Source: Pseudomonadota bacterium
GTDB lineage: Bacteria > Bdellovibrionota_B > Oligoflexia > Oligoflexales > RGVZ01
Assembly (NCBI GenBank): GCA_041178085.1
Contig: JBEGVZ010000048.1
Span: 1 to 56,332, forward strand
Direction of reading: 5' to 3'
DNA length: 56,332 bases
Shown: piece after piece, positions 44,687 to 54,488 of the stretch
Layout: every line of letters begins with the position of its first letter
Position numbering within the stretch: the stretch's first letter is position 1
The notes under the pieces: generated by a model
Told to the model about the DNA's origin: nothing
Seen by the model: the letters and a program-made list of their open reading frames with translations, nothing else
The model's database searches: none
Program-made: the position numbers and the translations under genes

Positions 44687-45729
44687 TGCAACCGCAGGGT
44701 GTCTGGTACCGGAAGTTCCAGCTTGGCAAGGACTTCCGCGGCTCCTTGCTCGGCCAAAAGCGATAGCAGCTTCGCTGCCACGGATTCTGCGGTTCGTCCG
44801 GCATCAAGCTCGCACTCGACGGAACCAGATGCGTTCTGCCCGTCGTTGGCCAGCAGTGAGGCGCGGGCTGTGATCATCTGTTTTCCGTTGTACTCCGCGA
44901 TGCGGCAAAAGGCACCGAACGGCATGGTGCAGTCACCGCCAAGGGACTTCAGGACGCCACGCTCAACTGCCACGCAAAATGCCGTGTCCGCGCAGTGGAT
45001 GGGTGCAAGCCATTTCAGGACACCGTTGTCCAGTTCCGCTGTCTTGGGTACTTCAATCGCCAGGGCACCCTGGCCAGCGCATGGAATGAAGTGCTCCGGG
45101 TCCAGTTTGCAGACAATGAATTCTTGATGCGGCAGGCCAGTCCAGAGGTTTTCTCCAAGTCGTTCAAGTGATGCGCCCGCCAGGATAAGGGCATCGAACT
45201 GTCCTTCGTGCAGCTTGCGCAGGCGTGTGTCGACATTTCCGCGGACAGGAACACACTTGAATTTCGGCACATGCAACGCAAACAGGGCAGAGCGGCGCAG
45301 GCTTGATGTGCCAACCGTGATGGGTCCGGCCGTCGCCAGATCCTGCGCAGTAACCGTCTTTCCTGCGAGGTCGGCCAGGCCGGCCGGCACAGCTGACTTT
45401 CGTCGCAGGATCAGAACATCGTGTGCAGCATGGCGCGGCAGGATGGCTCCCAGCATGAATGCAGGTGGCAAAGTGACCGGGACATCCTTCAGGCTGTGCA
45501 CGGCCATGTCAGCATCTCCTGCGAGCATTGCCTCTTCCAGCTCCTTGACGAACAGGCCCTTGCCGCCGATCTCGTGAAGGAACCTGTCTTGGACCTTGTC
45601 GCCGGTGGTTGCGATGACGTTCAGTGCTGCTTCCATGCCCTGGGATTTCAGGAGCTTTTCGACGTGTCGGGCTTGCCACAAAGCCAGCATGCTACCGCGG
45701 GTTGCGATGGTGATCTTCTTCTGGCTCAA
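44683..45729 (-). CDS. hemC: Hydroxymethylbilane synthase
   Basis: ATRGSMLALWQA, GKGLFVKELE, AVHSLKD, GTSSLRR, RGNVDTRL, GGDC. Confidence 0.96.
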   Translation of the reverse strand: MSQKKITIATRGSMLALWQARHVEKLLKSQGMEAALNVIATTGDKVQDRFLHEIGGKGLFVKELEEAMLAGDADMAVHSLKDVPVTLPPAFMLGAILPRHAAHDVLILRRKSAVPAGLADLAGKTVTAQDLATAGPITVGTSSLRRSALFALHVPKFKCVPVRGNVDTRLRKLHEGQFDALILAGASLERLGENLWTGLPHQEFIVCKLDPEHFIPCAGQGALAIEVPKTAELDNGVLKWLAPIHCADTAFCVAVERGVLKSLGGDCTMPFGAFCRIAEYNGKQMITARASLLANDGQNASGSVECELDAGRTAESVAAKLLSLLAEQGAAEVLAKLELPVPDTLRLH

Positions 45730-47036
45730 TTGGAGTCTCCGCCGCGGAACAGGCGTGTCAGCAGTGAAGCGCCTTCGCGCCCTGCGCCCTGCTCCAGCAA
45801 TTGCTTCAGGCCGCGGCCCGCGTCCGCCGTCAGTCGGGATGCCAATATGTCAAGCAAGTCGCGCAAATGGTTTTCCTGGTCTTCGTTGAAGGTTTTGCCG
45901 GCGAATTTCCGGTCCGCCTCGCGATGAAAAAGCCCGGTTACATGATCGTTGAACTGTTTCAAGGCCGGAGCCAAGGTCATGTGAAGCAGCCAACGCTCAT
46001 ATTCGATGACGGAATCGTCAATGATGCGTGCCGCATCTTCTGCAGCTTTTTCGCGCTCGGCCCGGGTTGCATCGACCACCTGTTTCAAGTCATCGATGTC
46101 GAACAGGTACACGTCATCGAGCGTTCCGCAGACAGGATCAATGTTGCGCGGCAGGGATATGTCGATCAGGAGCAGCGTTTTTCCGCGGCGTTGGCGCAGG
46201 GCGTTTTTTACCATGGACTGTGTCACAACCGGGTGCGATGCCCCCGTGGTCACAATCAGCACGTCGCAAGCGGCAAGGGCGTGGTCCAGCTGGTCCAGTG
46301 ATGCTGAAGTTGCACCTTCTATCGATGCTGCCAGGTCGCGTGCCCGTTCGACTCTACGGTTCAAGATCATCAGTTCCCGTGGTTTTTGGGCCGCCACGCA
46401 CTTTGCCGTCACTTCACCCATTTCGCCGGCGCCAATGATGCCAAAGCGACGGCGGGTCGGGTCTTCAAAAACTTTCCTGGCAAGGTCAACCGCAGCATTT
46501 CCGATCGACACGCGACCCCGTCCGATACCAGTCCGCGCGCGGACTTTTTTGGACGCGGACAGGGCGTCCTGCCCCAGGCGGTTCAGGAACGGTCCAAGGG
46601 TTTGCGCTTGCTGGGCAATCGCAATGGCCTGCTTGAACTGCCCGGTGATCTGGGTTTCCCCGACCACGAGGGAATCCAAGCTGGCAGCGACCGAGAAGAG
46701 GTGTCTCACGGCCTCCCGGCCAGTCAGTGAGTAGGCCGCTTGCTTGACCCGGGCAGCAGCCTCTTGGTCAAGCATGTCAAAAGATACCAGGGCGCGGTGA
46801 AGCAGTTCGTTCAGGGCGGGCTCGCTGGTGAGTGACGGGGAACCGACCCCAAAGATCTCAAAACGGTTGCAGGTGGAAAGGCTCGCCAGTTCCATGAAGC
46901 CAAATTCATCGCGGATGCGCGGTAGCCGCTCGCGGATGGCCGCTTCGTCAGCGTGGAGTTTTTCGCGCAGGGCGATATCGGCGGAGCGATGGTTCGCGCC
47001 GAAACAGAAAATCACTGGCTCAATGGCGGTTGACAT
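45726..47036 (-). CDS. hemA: Glutamyl-tRNA reductase
   Basis: STCNRFE, SLDSLVVGETQI, GAGEM, DISLPRNID; start ATG 47036. Confidence 0.96.
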   Translation of the reverse strand: MSTAIEPVIFCFGANHRSADIALREKLHADEAAIRERLPRIRDEFGFMELASLSTCNRFEIFGVGSPSLTSEPALNELLHRALVSFDMLDQEAAARVKQAAYSLTGREAVRHLFSVAASLDSLVVGETQITGQFKQAIAIAQQAQTLGPFLNRLGQDALSASKKVRARTGIGRGRVSIGNAAVDLARKVFEDPTRRRFGIIGAGEMGEVTAKCVAAQKPRELMILNRRVERARDLAASIEGATSASLDQLDHALAACDVLIVTTGASHPVVTQSMVKNALRQRRGKTLLLIDISLPRNIDPVCGTLDDVYLFDIDDLKQVVDATRAEREKAAEDAARIIDDSVIEYERWLLHMTLAPALKQFNDHVTGLFHREADRKFAGKTFNEDQENHLRDLLDILASRLTADAGRGLKQLLEQGAGREGASLLTRLFRGGDSN

Positions 47037-47043
47037 GCCTGGT

Positions 47044-47883
47044 TCACCCGGCCATGGCCGGCCCGTAGCCGGAGAAGAAAAGCAGTCCAAACCACGCGAC
47101 TGCCATCAAGACAAATCCGCCGACACTGAGCCGTGCCACAACCCGGGCTGGTGAGCGCAGGATGTTACGTGCGACCAGCGTGCCCAGGTACCAGGACCAG
47201 ACCGCGACGGCCCACAGCACTTTCGACTTCAGGGCAAGGGCATCGGGGGCGCTCAGTCCACCCGGCAGGCTGGTGATGAAAAAAGCGCCCGTGATCAGGC
47301 TCAAAGTGAGCATCACAAAGCCTGTGATCAGGGAAATGCGCAGCCACCGGTCCAGGCGGTCAAGCGCGGGCAGGTTTTCCCCCATCGCCAGGATATCCGC
47401 CATCCTGCGACGTTTCAGGGCGCGATGCTGCCAAAGGAAGACCACGGACAGGACGCATGCCGCAATGGCCATGGCCTGGCCAGCGATCGCCATGCTGACG
47501 TGAAAACCGGTCAGCCACTTGTGCCCTGTGCTCCAGTTGAGCAGGTTCGGATCAGGAACGGCGAAAAAACGCACCAGCAAGAGCAGCATGCCGAAAGGGG
47601 CCAGCATGACCGGGGCCAAGCGGACCTTGAGCAGGCGATCGGCCAGGACCGCTCCGATTCCGACCACGGCAGCCAGGATCGGTGCCGCGCTGGCACGCCA
47701 ATCTCCTTGCGTGGTCAGCAGGCCCTGCGCCAGAAACGCCAGGCAGGCCGCCCCGCCCAGCAGAAAGGCATTGCCTGCGACACGAAAAAATCTTTTGGTT
47801 CCGCCCACATACAGGAGCGAGGCCATGGCATAAGCGATCAGCGCGGCGAACATGTAAAGAGTGTCTGCACGGCCCTGAAACAC
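47044..47883 (-). CDS. ccsA: Cytochrome c assembly family membrane protein (CcsA/HemX-like)
   Basis: About 8 TM helices, FHV, LPALDRLD, GF..LT..LITG, K..W..Y; upstream of hemA; start GTG 47883 or ATG 47853. Confidence 0.75.
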   Translation of the reverse strand: MFQGRADTLYMFAALIAYAMASLLYVGGTKRFFRVAGNAFLLGGAACLAFLAQGLLTTQGDWRASAAPILAAVVGIGAVLADRLLKVRLAPVMLAPFGMLLLLVRFFAVPDPNLLNWSTGHKWLTGFHVSMAIAGQAMAIAACVLSVVFLWQHRALKRRRMADILAMGENLPALDRLDRWLRISLITGFVMLTLSLITGAFFITSLPGGLSAPDALALKSKVLWAVAVWSWYLGTLVARNILRSPARVVARLSVGGFVLMAVAWFGLLFFSGYGPAMAG

Positions 47884-47989
47884 GCTTAGCCCCTGTTTGA
47901 TGGGTTTATAAAATAACGGCTGAGTATCATCAGAGTGGCAATGGAAATCAAGGCGAGTTATAAAGCGCCTGAGTCCGCACGGACGCTTT

Positions 47990-49402
47990 TTGGAGCCCTT
48001 TTTGAACCGGCCTTCCGAACGCAATCACCAGAGCATCGATCGCTCACTGACCCAGCCCGTTGACGGGCCGCGGAAGGGCGATTGGCAACGGCGTTCCTGG
48101 CGGGGGGCGCCGGCCAACCAGCAGGCCGACTTCGGAGACCCCGAGCGCCTTGCTTCTGTTCTGCAACAGATCCAGTCCTATCCGCCTCTTGTGGCTCCTG
48201 GGGAGATCATGAAGCTTCGCCGCCAGCTGGGCGAAGCAGAAATCGGCAAACGGTTTTTATTGCAGGGGGGCGACTGTGCCGAGCGCTTCGCCGACTGCAC
48301 CCCGGCGGCGATCAACGAGAAAGTCAGCCTGCTTTTGAGGATGGGGCTGGTCCTGACCAGTTGCACGGGCAAGCCCGTGATCAAGGTCGGGCGCATTGCG
48401 GGCCAGTACGCAAAACCCCGTTCCGCTACCCACGAGACATTTGATGGGCGGGTTCTGCCCGTTTTCCGGGGTGATAGTGTTCATGACTTCGAAAGCCGCG
48501 TTGCCGATCCCGGGCGCCTTTTGCAGGCTTACCATGCGGCGTCCCTGACCTTGAACTACATCCGGTCGCAGGTTGCAGGCGGCTTCACCGATGCTTCCCG
48601 TGCTCACGAATGGACGGTAAGGGGCATCACCAAACCGTTGGCCAGTCGTTTTGGCGAACTGGTGCGTTCGGTCAAAAATGCGGTCGAACTTGCAACAGCT
48701 TTTGGCGTTCAATCGGGGGCAGTGGCTTCACCTGGCTCGCACGATGCGCGAGATATTTTTGCATCTCACGAGGGGTTGCTGCTCGAATTTGAAGAGGCGA
48801 TGACCCGCTTCGATGCAGAGACTGGAGCCCACTTCAACCTGAGCGCACACACGCTCTGGATTGGTGACCGTACCCGTCAGGTGGGTGGTGCCCACGTCGA
48901 ATACTTTCGTGGCATCGCAAACCCCGTGGGCTTGAAGATTGGCGCTGGGGCTGACCCTGCAGAGATCGCCCATATTGTCCGCACCCTCAATCCGTTGCGT
49001 GAACGTGGCAAGTTGATCCTGGTGACGCGCCTGGGCGTGAAACACGTTGAACGTGAGTTGCCGGCGCTGATTGAAGCCGTGCGCGCAACCAGAACCCCGG
49101 TCCTGTGGTGCTGTGATCCCATGCATGGCAACACTGTGCGCGCGTCGAACGGATTCAAGACTCGTCTCCTGGCTGACATCACCACGGACCTGGAATCGAC
49201 GATCGCGATCCACCGTGAAGCGCAGTCGCGCCTTGGCGGTATCCACCTGGAAATGACGGGCGATGCGGTGACTGAGTGTGTCGGCGAGGATGTCTTGCCA
49301 GAGCATCTACCCGTTCGCTACGAAACCTACTGCGACCCGCGCCTCAATGCTTCGCAAAGCCACCAATTGGCTTTCCTCCTGGCTGATGCACTCGGCCACT
49401 GA
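47990..49402 (+). CDS. Class II DAHP synthase
   Basis: QGGDCAE, GQYAKPRS, WIGDRTR, DPMHGNT, GIHLE, CDPRLN; start uncertain. Confidence 0.94.
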   Translation: MEPFLNRPSERNHQSIDRSLTQPVDGPRKGDWQRRSWRGAPANQQADFGDPERLASVLQQIQSYPPLVAPGEIMKLRRQLGEAEIGKRFLLQGGDCAERFADCTPAAINEKVSLLLRMGLVLTSCTGKPVIKVGRIAGQYAKPRSATHETFDGRVLPVFRGDSVHDFESRVADPGRLLQAYHAASLTLNYIRSQVAGGFTDASRAHEWTVRGITKPLASRFGELVRSVKNAVELATAFGVQSGAVASPGSHDARDIFASHEGLLLEFEEAMTRFDAETGAHFNLSAHTLWIGDRTRQVGGAHVEYFRGIANPVGLKIGAGADPAEIAHIVRTLNPLRERGKLILVTRLGVKHVERELPALIEAVRATRTPVLWCCDPMHGNTVRASNGFKTRLLADITTDLESTIAIHREAQSRLGGIHLEMTGDAVTECVGEDVLPEHLPVRYETYCDPRLNASQSHQLAFLLADALGH

Positions 49403-49406
49403 AAAA

Positions 49407-49718
49407 CTAATTTCGTGATTGTTCGCGCCGCGAGGCGCGAAGTACCGCCGCCGTCAGGGCGTGAACAAAAGATTTTGGTAGATAGCGTCCAAGACGCGCA
49501 GAAAAACGTGCGTGAACACGTTGTTCCACCGCGGGGTCACGGATGGGCAGGCCAGCTGCCCGTTTGATGCGTCCCACTTCCCTTGCCAGGGCCTTGCGGC
49601 GTTTCAAGAAGGCGGCAAAGGCTTCCAGAAATGCACTGTCAAGCTGTGCGATCTCATTGCGTGCAGCAGCAAGCTCTTGCCGGGGAGTTTGGATTGGTTT
49701 TTTAGAGGTGGGTTTCAT
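49407..49718 (-). CDS. Chorismate mutase type II (AroQ-like)
   Basis: L..AR.EI..LD, RR..LA..VG..K..GLPIRDP..E, SRREQ. Confidence 0.75.
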   Translation of the reverse strand: MKPTSKKPIQTPRQELAAARNEIAQLDSAFLEAFAAFLKRRKALAREVGRIKRAAGLPIRDPAVEQRVHARFSARLGRYLPKSFVHALTAAVLRASRREQSRN

Positions 49719-50938
49719 GAATCCAGGCTCGGTGTGGGGTGCGGCTCATTGACCACGCCCTTTTCCCGCCAGATCTCTCCCCGGCAGTCTTCGATGACCA
49801 GGTCGTCGCCGTCTTCCCTCAGGATGTGATTTGGGGTCAGCGGAACTTTTCCGGAAGGCGTGTCGAGGATGTAGGTCGGGATCGCAAGGCCTGTGATGTT
49901 TCCGCGCAGTTTTTTCATCAGCTGGATGCCGGTGCGGATGGAAACACGTAAATGCTCTGTTCCCGCCACCCGGTGCGGATGAAAGAGGTAATAGGGGCGG
50001 ATTCGGGCCCTGAGCAATCCGCGTAGAAGCGCCATCATCTGCTTGGGGTCGTCATTGACGTGGCGCAACAGGACCGACTGGTTGCCCACCGGAATGCCGG
50101 CATCGACAAGATTGGCGACTGCCTGGATCGCTTCGGGCGTCAGCTCTTCTGGGCAATTGAAATGCGTGTTCACAAAAACCGGATGATACTTGGCCAGGCG
50201 CTGCGCGAGTTCCCTGGTAACGCGGTAGGGGAGTGTCACCGGCGTGCGCGTGCCGAAGCGGATGATCTCAACGTGGGGGATGGCGCGGATACGCGCGACC
50301 AGATTTTCCAGCGCCTGGTCGCTGGCAATGAATGGATCGCCACCCGTGATCAGGACATCCTTGATGGCGGGGTTTGAGGCAATGTAGTCGATCCCCCGGT
50401 CAACGATGCTACGATTGAAATGCAATCCGGTTTCTTCGTCGCGTCGTTTACGAAAACAATACCGGCAATAAACCGGGCAAAGCTGGGCAACGCAAAATGC
50501 AACCCGGTCCGGATACACGTGGACCACTTCACGCACGGGCGAATGTCCCACTTCGTCCAGCGGATCGCCGACACCCAGGGCGTCCTGCAATTCCTCTGTC
50601 CGCGGCATGGCTTGCAGGCGAACGGGGTGCAGGTGCGCTGGGACTTCAGCCCCGGGCTGATCCACCATCAGCAACAAGTAATAAGGCGTGATGCCTGATT
50701 GGAAGATGTCCTTGAGCGCGTCGAACCCTTCGGCCTCTGCACCAGCTAACTTCAGGATGCGCTCGGCGTCAGACCTGCTGGCGACCTGGTGTTTCATCTG
50801 CCAGCGCCAATTGGTAAATGTCTCGGAGTCAACACCGAACGCGGCCGCTCCACGCACGGTGATGGAATCCGGGCTTGCCGTGGCCATACGAAATTGGCTA
50901 GCCTGAACGTCGCTGGTTGTTTCTTCGCGTTCCGTCAT
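49715..50938 (-). CDS. KamA-family radical SAM/PLP aminomutase
   Basis: NWRWQ, H.YPDR, CPVYCRYCFR, TGGDP, NQSVLL..VND, RPYY, GKVP (PLP Lys). Confidence 0.9.
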   Translation of the reverse strand: MTEREETTSDVQASQFRMATASPDSITVRGAAAFGVDSETFTNWRWQMKHQVASRSDAERILKLAGAEAEGFDALKDIFQSGITPYYLLLMVDQPGAEVPAHLHPVRLQAMPRTEELQDALGVGDPLDEVGHSPVREVVHVYPDRVAFCVAQLCPVYCRYCFRKRRDEETGLHFNRSIVDRGIDYIASNPAIKDVLITGGDPFIASDQALENLVARIRAIPHVEIIRFGTRTPVTLPYRVTRELAQRLAKYHPVFVNTHFNCPEELTPEAIQAVANLVDAGIPVGNQSVLLRHVNDDPKQMMALLRGLLRARIRPYYLFHPHRVAGTEHLRVSIRTGIQLMKKLRGNITGLAIPTYILDTPSGKVPLTPNHILREDGDDLVIEDCRGEIWREKGVVNEPHPTPSLDS

Positions 50939-50968
50939 CGTCGCATCATTTAAGAGACTGGGTCCCGC

Positions 50969-51589
50969 ATGTCCATTGCAAAGCGCCTGATCCTTGCTTC
51001 CACCAGCCGCTTCCGGGCCCAGGTCCTGAAGTCCGCAGGCATTGAATTTGACGCGATTGGCCCCGAGGTTGACGAAAAGTCCATCAACTGCCCGACCCCG
51101 GCGGAAACGGCCATTGCCCGGGCAGAGGCCAAAGCCCTTGAAGTTTCAGCTAAAAACAAGGATTCCGTGGTGATTGGCGCTGACCAGATGTTGAGTCTGG
51201 GGCAAAGAACCTTCACCAAGGCGCAGGATATCAACGAAGCCCGCCGCCGGTTGATCGAACTTGCCGGCCAGACCCATACCCTTCATTCGGGTTTTGCCTT
51301 GGCCCTGGATGGCAGGGTTCTGGTTTCCCACGTGGTGGATGTGCCAATGGCCATGCGCAAGCTAACCAGTGGCGAGATCGACCGCTACCTTGCGACCGGG
51401 GAATGGCGTGGGGCTGTGGGGTGTTATCAGGCCGAGAATCTGGGCATCCAACTTTTTGAATCGATCGGCGGTGACACCACGGCTGTGGTCGGCATGCCGA
51501 TGCCCCAAATTTTGACGGCTCTGCGTTCCATTGGCCTGAACACGTTGGAATCGCCCCAAGGGCCGTGGGGTCTTTCCTTGCCCGGTTGA
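50969..51589 (+). CDS. maf: Maf-family nucleotide pyrophosphatase
   Basis: LILASTS..R, VDE, IGADQ, H.LHSG, VGMP. Confidence 0.92.
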   Translation: MSIAKRLILASTSRFRAQVLKSAGIEFDAIGPEVDEKSINCPTPAETAIARAEAKALEVSAKNKDSVVIGADQMLSLGQRTFTKAQDINEARRRLIELAGQTHTLHSGFALALDGRVLVSHVVDVPMAMRKLTSGEIDRYLATGEWRGAVGCYQAENLGIQLFESIGGDTTAVVGMPMPQILTALRSIGLNTLESPQGPWGLSLPG

Positions 51590-51677
51590 GATACTGGGGT
51601 CCTTTGGGAGTCGTTGCCAGTTTATTCTGAGTGCTACTCTGCGGCAGAATCGCATGCTCGCAAAAATTCCGTCTTGT

Positions 51678-52487
51678 TCATCTTCCTGAGTTTCGTCCCC
51701 ACACTTGAAAGATCCGTGGCCCTCCGAGCACCGTTTTTGGGTCACGGCAGAATGCATGTAATTCTTCCGCTGTCGCGCGCAGATTTTCCTCTGAACTCAG
51801 TTTATCCCGGAGCACAGCTTCAGTGATGTTTTCGAGGGTGACGCAGGTGAGGAGCTTGATGCCACCCTCAAGCGCAGCAGGATGGATCACCTTCATCTGC
51901 ACATTTTCGAATCCAGCACTGCGCAGGAGCCCGGGAAGGCGCGGGCCGATATTGGGATCACCCCCACGAGCCTGCGCCGCTTTCGTGTAGTAATCGACGT
52001 ACCGTTGTAGTGCAGGGCAGTCCGGTTCAGAAAAGTGTCCACGAAAGTCAATGTCTTCGACGATGATCACGCCCCCGGGACGGATGCACCGTTGCATGGC
52101 AGAGATGACTTGGCCGGGGTTGCGAAGGTGTGTCAGCAGGAAGCGAGCGTATACGACATCGAACACCTCATCAGGTTTCCACTCGGTAATGTCCCTGATC
52201 AGGAAATCAAGGTTCGAAAGGCCCTGTTCAGCGGCATCCTTGCGGGCCAACGTGATTTTGACTTGGTCGATGTCTACGCCGACAGCCCGTCCGTCTGGAC
52301 CGGTCAAGCGAACGAGCTCGAAGGTCACGTCGCCCCCGCCGCAGCCGACGTCCAAACATAGCGAACCAGTACGAATACCGACATCGGCAAGGAGTGCGCG
52401 GGTTGTCGGGCCCATCACTTCGGATAGAAGCCGAAGGCGCTCACGACCTTCCTCGCCACCACGGATTATGTACTGTTCATTTCCCAT
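51678..52487 (-). CDS. Class I SAM-dependent methyltransferase
   Basis: LDVGCGGG, VGVD, FDVVYARFLL.H, RPGG. Confidence 0.88.
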   Translation of the reverse strand: MGNEQYIIRGGEEGRERLRLLSEVMGPTTRALLADVGIRTGSLCLDVGCGGGDVTFELVRLTGPDGRAVGVDIDQVKITLARKDAAEQGLSNLDFLIRDITEWKPDEVFDVVYARFLLTHLRNPGQVISAMQRCIRPGGVIIVEDIDFRGHFSEPDCPALQRYVDYYTKAAQARGGDPNIGPRLPGLLRSAGFENVQMKVIHPAALEGGIKLLTCVTLENITEAVLRDKLSSEENLRATAEELHAFCRDPKTVLGGPRIFQVWGRNSGR

Positions 52488-52493
52488 TGGAAT

Positions 52494-53405
52494 TCACGTG
52501 TTGCGCACGCTGCCGCTGCGCGGGTCCTGGCTGTTGGCAAAAAGCCAGGCGCAATGCGGCAAGTTAATTGGCTTCAGCGCCACATGTTGATGGCTGCTGT
52601 GCAGATGTTTGCGAAAGACATCCAGAAGCTCTTCGCGACCGGTGGTTACGACCAGGTGGCCGGGCCAGGCAGGAAGACCCGTCAGTATGTGTTTTTGTTC
52701 TTCCGGCGTGAAGGAATCAAATTCAAGCAGCACGCATGAATCGTCCTTCAGGTTTCTTGCCATGCCGGGCAGCACGGCCGGTTCCATCGAGACGTCGAAA
52801 TTCAGTTGGCCGAAGACTGTCTGGTACAATTTCGCTGCATCCGGATCCTTTGACAGCACAAGCAAGTGTCGGGTTTCCGGTGCTGCGGATTCTGCGTGGT
52901 GCAGGGTTGTCTTTGATGGATCGGGGCCCTTGCGGGCCAGCCGTTTCAAGTACTGCCGTGCCAGGTCAGTTGCCGAGACCATGCCGACCACGTCCGGTAT
53001 CAGGGGGGCGCCGCGCGTCGCGTGCAGTCCGCGGACGATCGGAAAATGCCGGATGCCAAGTTCTGTGTGCAGGCGTGGAATGTCGCGTGAAAAGTTGCCT
53101 GCGCTGGCGCAGACGAGAGGCATGGTCATCACCGTTGCGACGGTGGTTTTTGCCGCCACGTCTTTTTTGAGCAGCAGGACGGGGACGTATTTCCGGACCA
53201 CATCCCTTTCCGTGACGATACCGACCACGCGTTCTTCGTTGTCGTAGACCAGCAGGCTGCTGACTTTGCGCGTCGTCATGCGCTCCACCACGTTGGCCAT
53301 GGAATCGTCACGGTGAATGAATGCGAGGTTGGTCGAGATAAGGCTGAGTCCAGCAACGATCCCTCCGTGGTCCTTGGGGGTGCTGATTTCCTTTTCACGA
53401 CTCAT
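52494..53405 (-). CDS. CBS-pair protein with degenerate receiver-like C-terminal domain
   Basis: GIVTERD, IRHFPIV..GMVSATD; C-terminal LLVL...VVTTG...KP. Confidence 0.75.
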   Translation of the reverse strand: MSREKEISTPKDHGGIVAGLSLISTNLAFIHRDDSMANVVERMTTRKVSSLLVYDNEERVVGIVTERDVVRKYVPVLLLKKDVAAKTTVATVMTMPLVCASAGNFSRDIPRLHTELGIRHFPIVRGLHATRGAPLIPDVVGMVSATDLARQYLKRLARKGPDPSKTTLHHAESAAPETRHLLVLSKDPDAAKLYQTVFGQLNFDVSMEPAVLPGMARNLKDDSCVLLEFDSFTPEEQKHILTGLPAWPGHLVVTTGREELLDVFRKHLHSSHQHVALKPINLPHCAWLFANSQDPRSGSVRNT

Positions 53406-53447
53406 GGTGCGTGGCCTCTCCGTGGACTCGCCGCGGCATCGCTGGCT

Positions 53448-54179
53448 TCACTTTGCAGGTGCGCTCGGACAAAGTTCCTGCAGCACGCAGTTGCCACAGT
53501 TTGGTGACATCGCCTTGCAAGTATACCTTCCATGAAGGATGAACCAATGGTGGGCGTCAGGCAACCATTCGGCGGGGATCACTTTCATCAACTCTACTTC
53601 CGCCTTTTCGGGGGTAGGTTCGCGCTGAAGTCCCAGCCGCGCCGTAACCCGGAAAACGTGGGTATCGACCGCCAGCACGGGCTCACGCCAGATTTCGCCC
53701 AGGATCACGTTGGCGGTTTTGCGACCCACGCCGGGTAACGACTCGAGGGCTTCGCGTGTCCGGGGAACCTGCCCGGAAAAATCGTCCACTAGAATGCGTG
53801 TCAACTTTGCCACATTTTTTGCTTTGGTCGGCGCAAGCCCAATGGTCCTGATTTTTGCCAGCAGGCCATCAGGCCCAATGTCCAGGACCGTTTGCGGAGT
53901 AAATCCGTTTTCGTAGAGGGGCTGCATGCACTTGTTGACGCTTTTGTCCGTCGTCTGGGCTGACAAGACGACAGAGACGAGGAGTTGATATGGGCTTTGG
54001 TAGAACAGTTCGCAGTGGGGCTTGGGATTGTTGGCGGCGAGGGTTTCCAACTGACGAGTGACCAGGTCACGACGGGCTGCCAAAGACAACGCCCGGGGCT
54101 GGCGCAGGGCCGGCTTCCGGGCGTTTTCCTTTTTCGCGGTCTGCCCGCGTTTTGGCGCTTTCTTACTCCGCGACTTCAA
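53448..54179 (-). CDS. nth: Endonuclease III
   Basis: LSAQTTD, LPGVGRKTANV, VDTH, C-X6-C-X2-C-X5-C; basic N-terminal extension. Confidence 0.95.
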   Translation of the reverse strand: MKSRSKKAPKRGQTAKKENARKPALRQPRALSLAARRDLVTRQLETLAANNPKPHCELFYQSPYQLLVSVVLSAQTTDKSVNKCMQPLYENGFTPQTVLDIGPDGLLAKIRTIGLAPTKAKNVAKLTRILVDDFSGQVPRTREALESLPGVGRKTANVILGEIWREPVLAVDTHVFRVTARLGLQREPTPEKAEVELMKVIPAEWLPDAHHWFILHGRYTCKAMSPNCGNCVLQELCPSAPAK

Positions 54180-54444
54180 GGGTCACGTCACCGTAAACCT
54201 TGCACTGGCATGCAAGCCGCTCGTCGGGGCGGGCTGCCATCGTCTCCAGGAAGTCCTTCTCGTTGTCTTGCATGGGGCTCAACTTCTCAGCGCCCGAGAT
54301 CACCTTGACCATGCATGCTCCACATGCACCGTCGCGACAACCGAAGAGGATCGAGGTATCGTGGTCCTCGCACATGTCGATCAGGGCATAACCGTCAGCG
54401 ACGTCGATTGTTTTTTTATCGGTTGTGATGGTAACTTTTGGCAT
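54163..54444 (-). CDS. fdx: 2Fe-2S ferredoxin
   Basis: CRDGACGAC...RLACQ. Confidence 0.92.
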   Translation of the reverse strand: MPKVTITTDKKTIDVADGYALIDMCEDHDTSILFGCRDGACGACMVKVISGAEKLSPMQDNEKDFLETMAARPDERLACQCKVYGDVTLEVAE

Positions 54445-54488
54445 GTTTCAACACTCACTTTAAAACGTGTGATCGGACTATCTACTTT

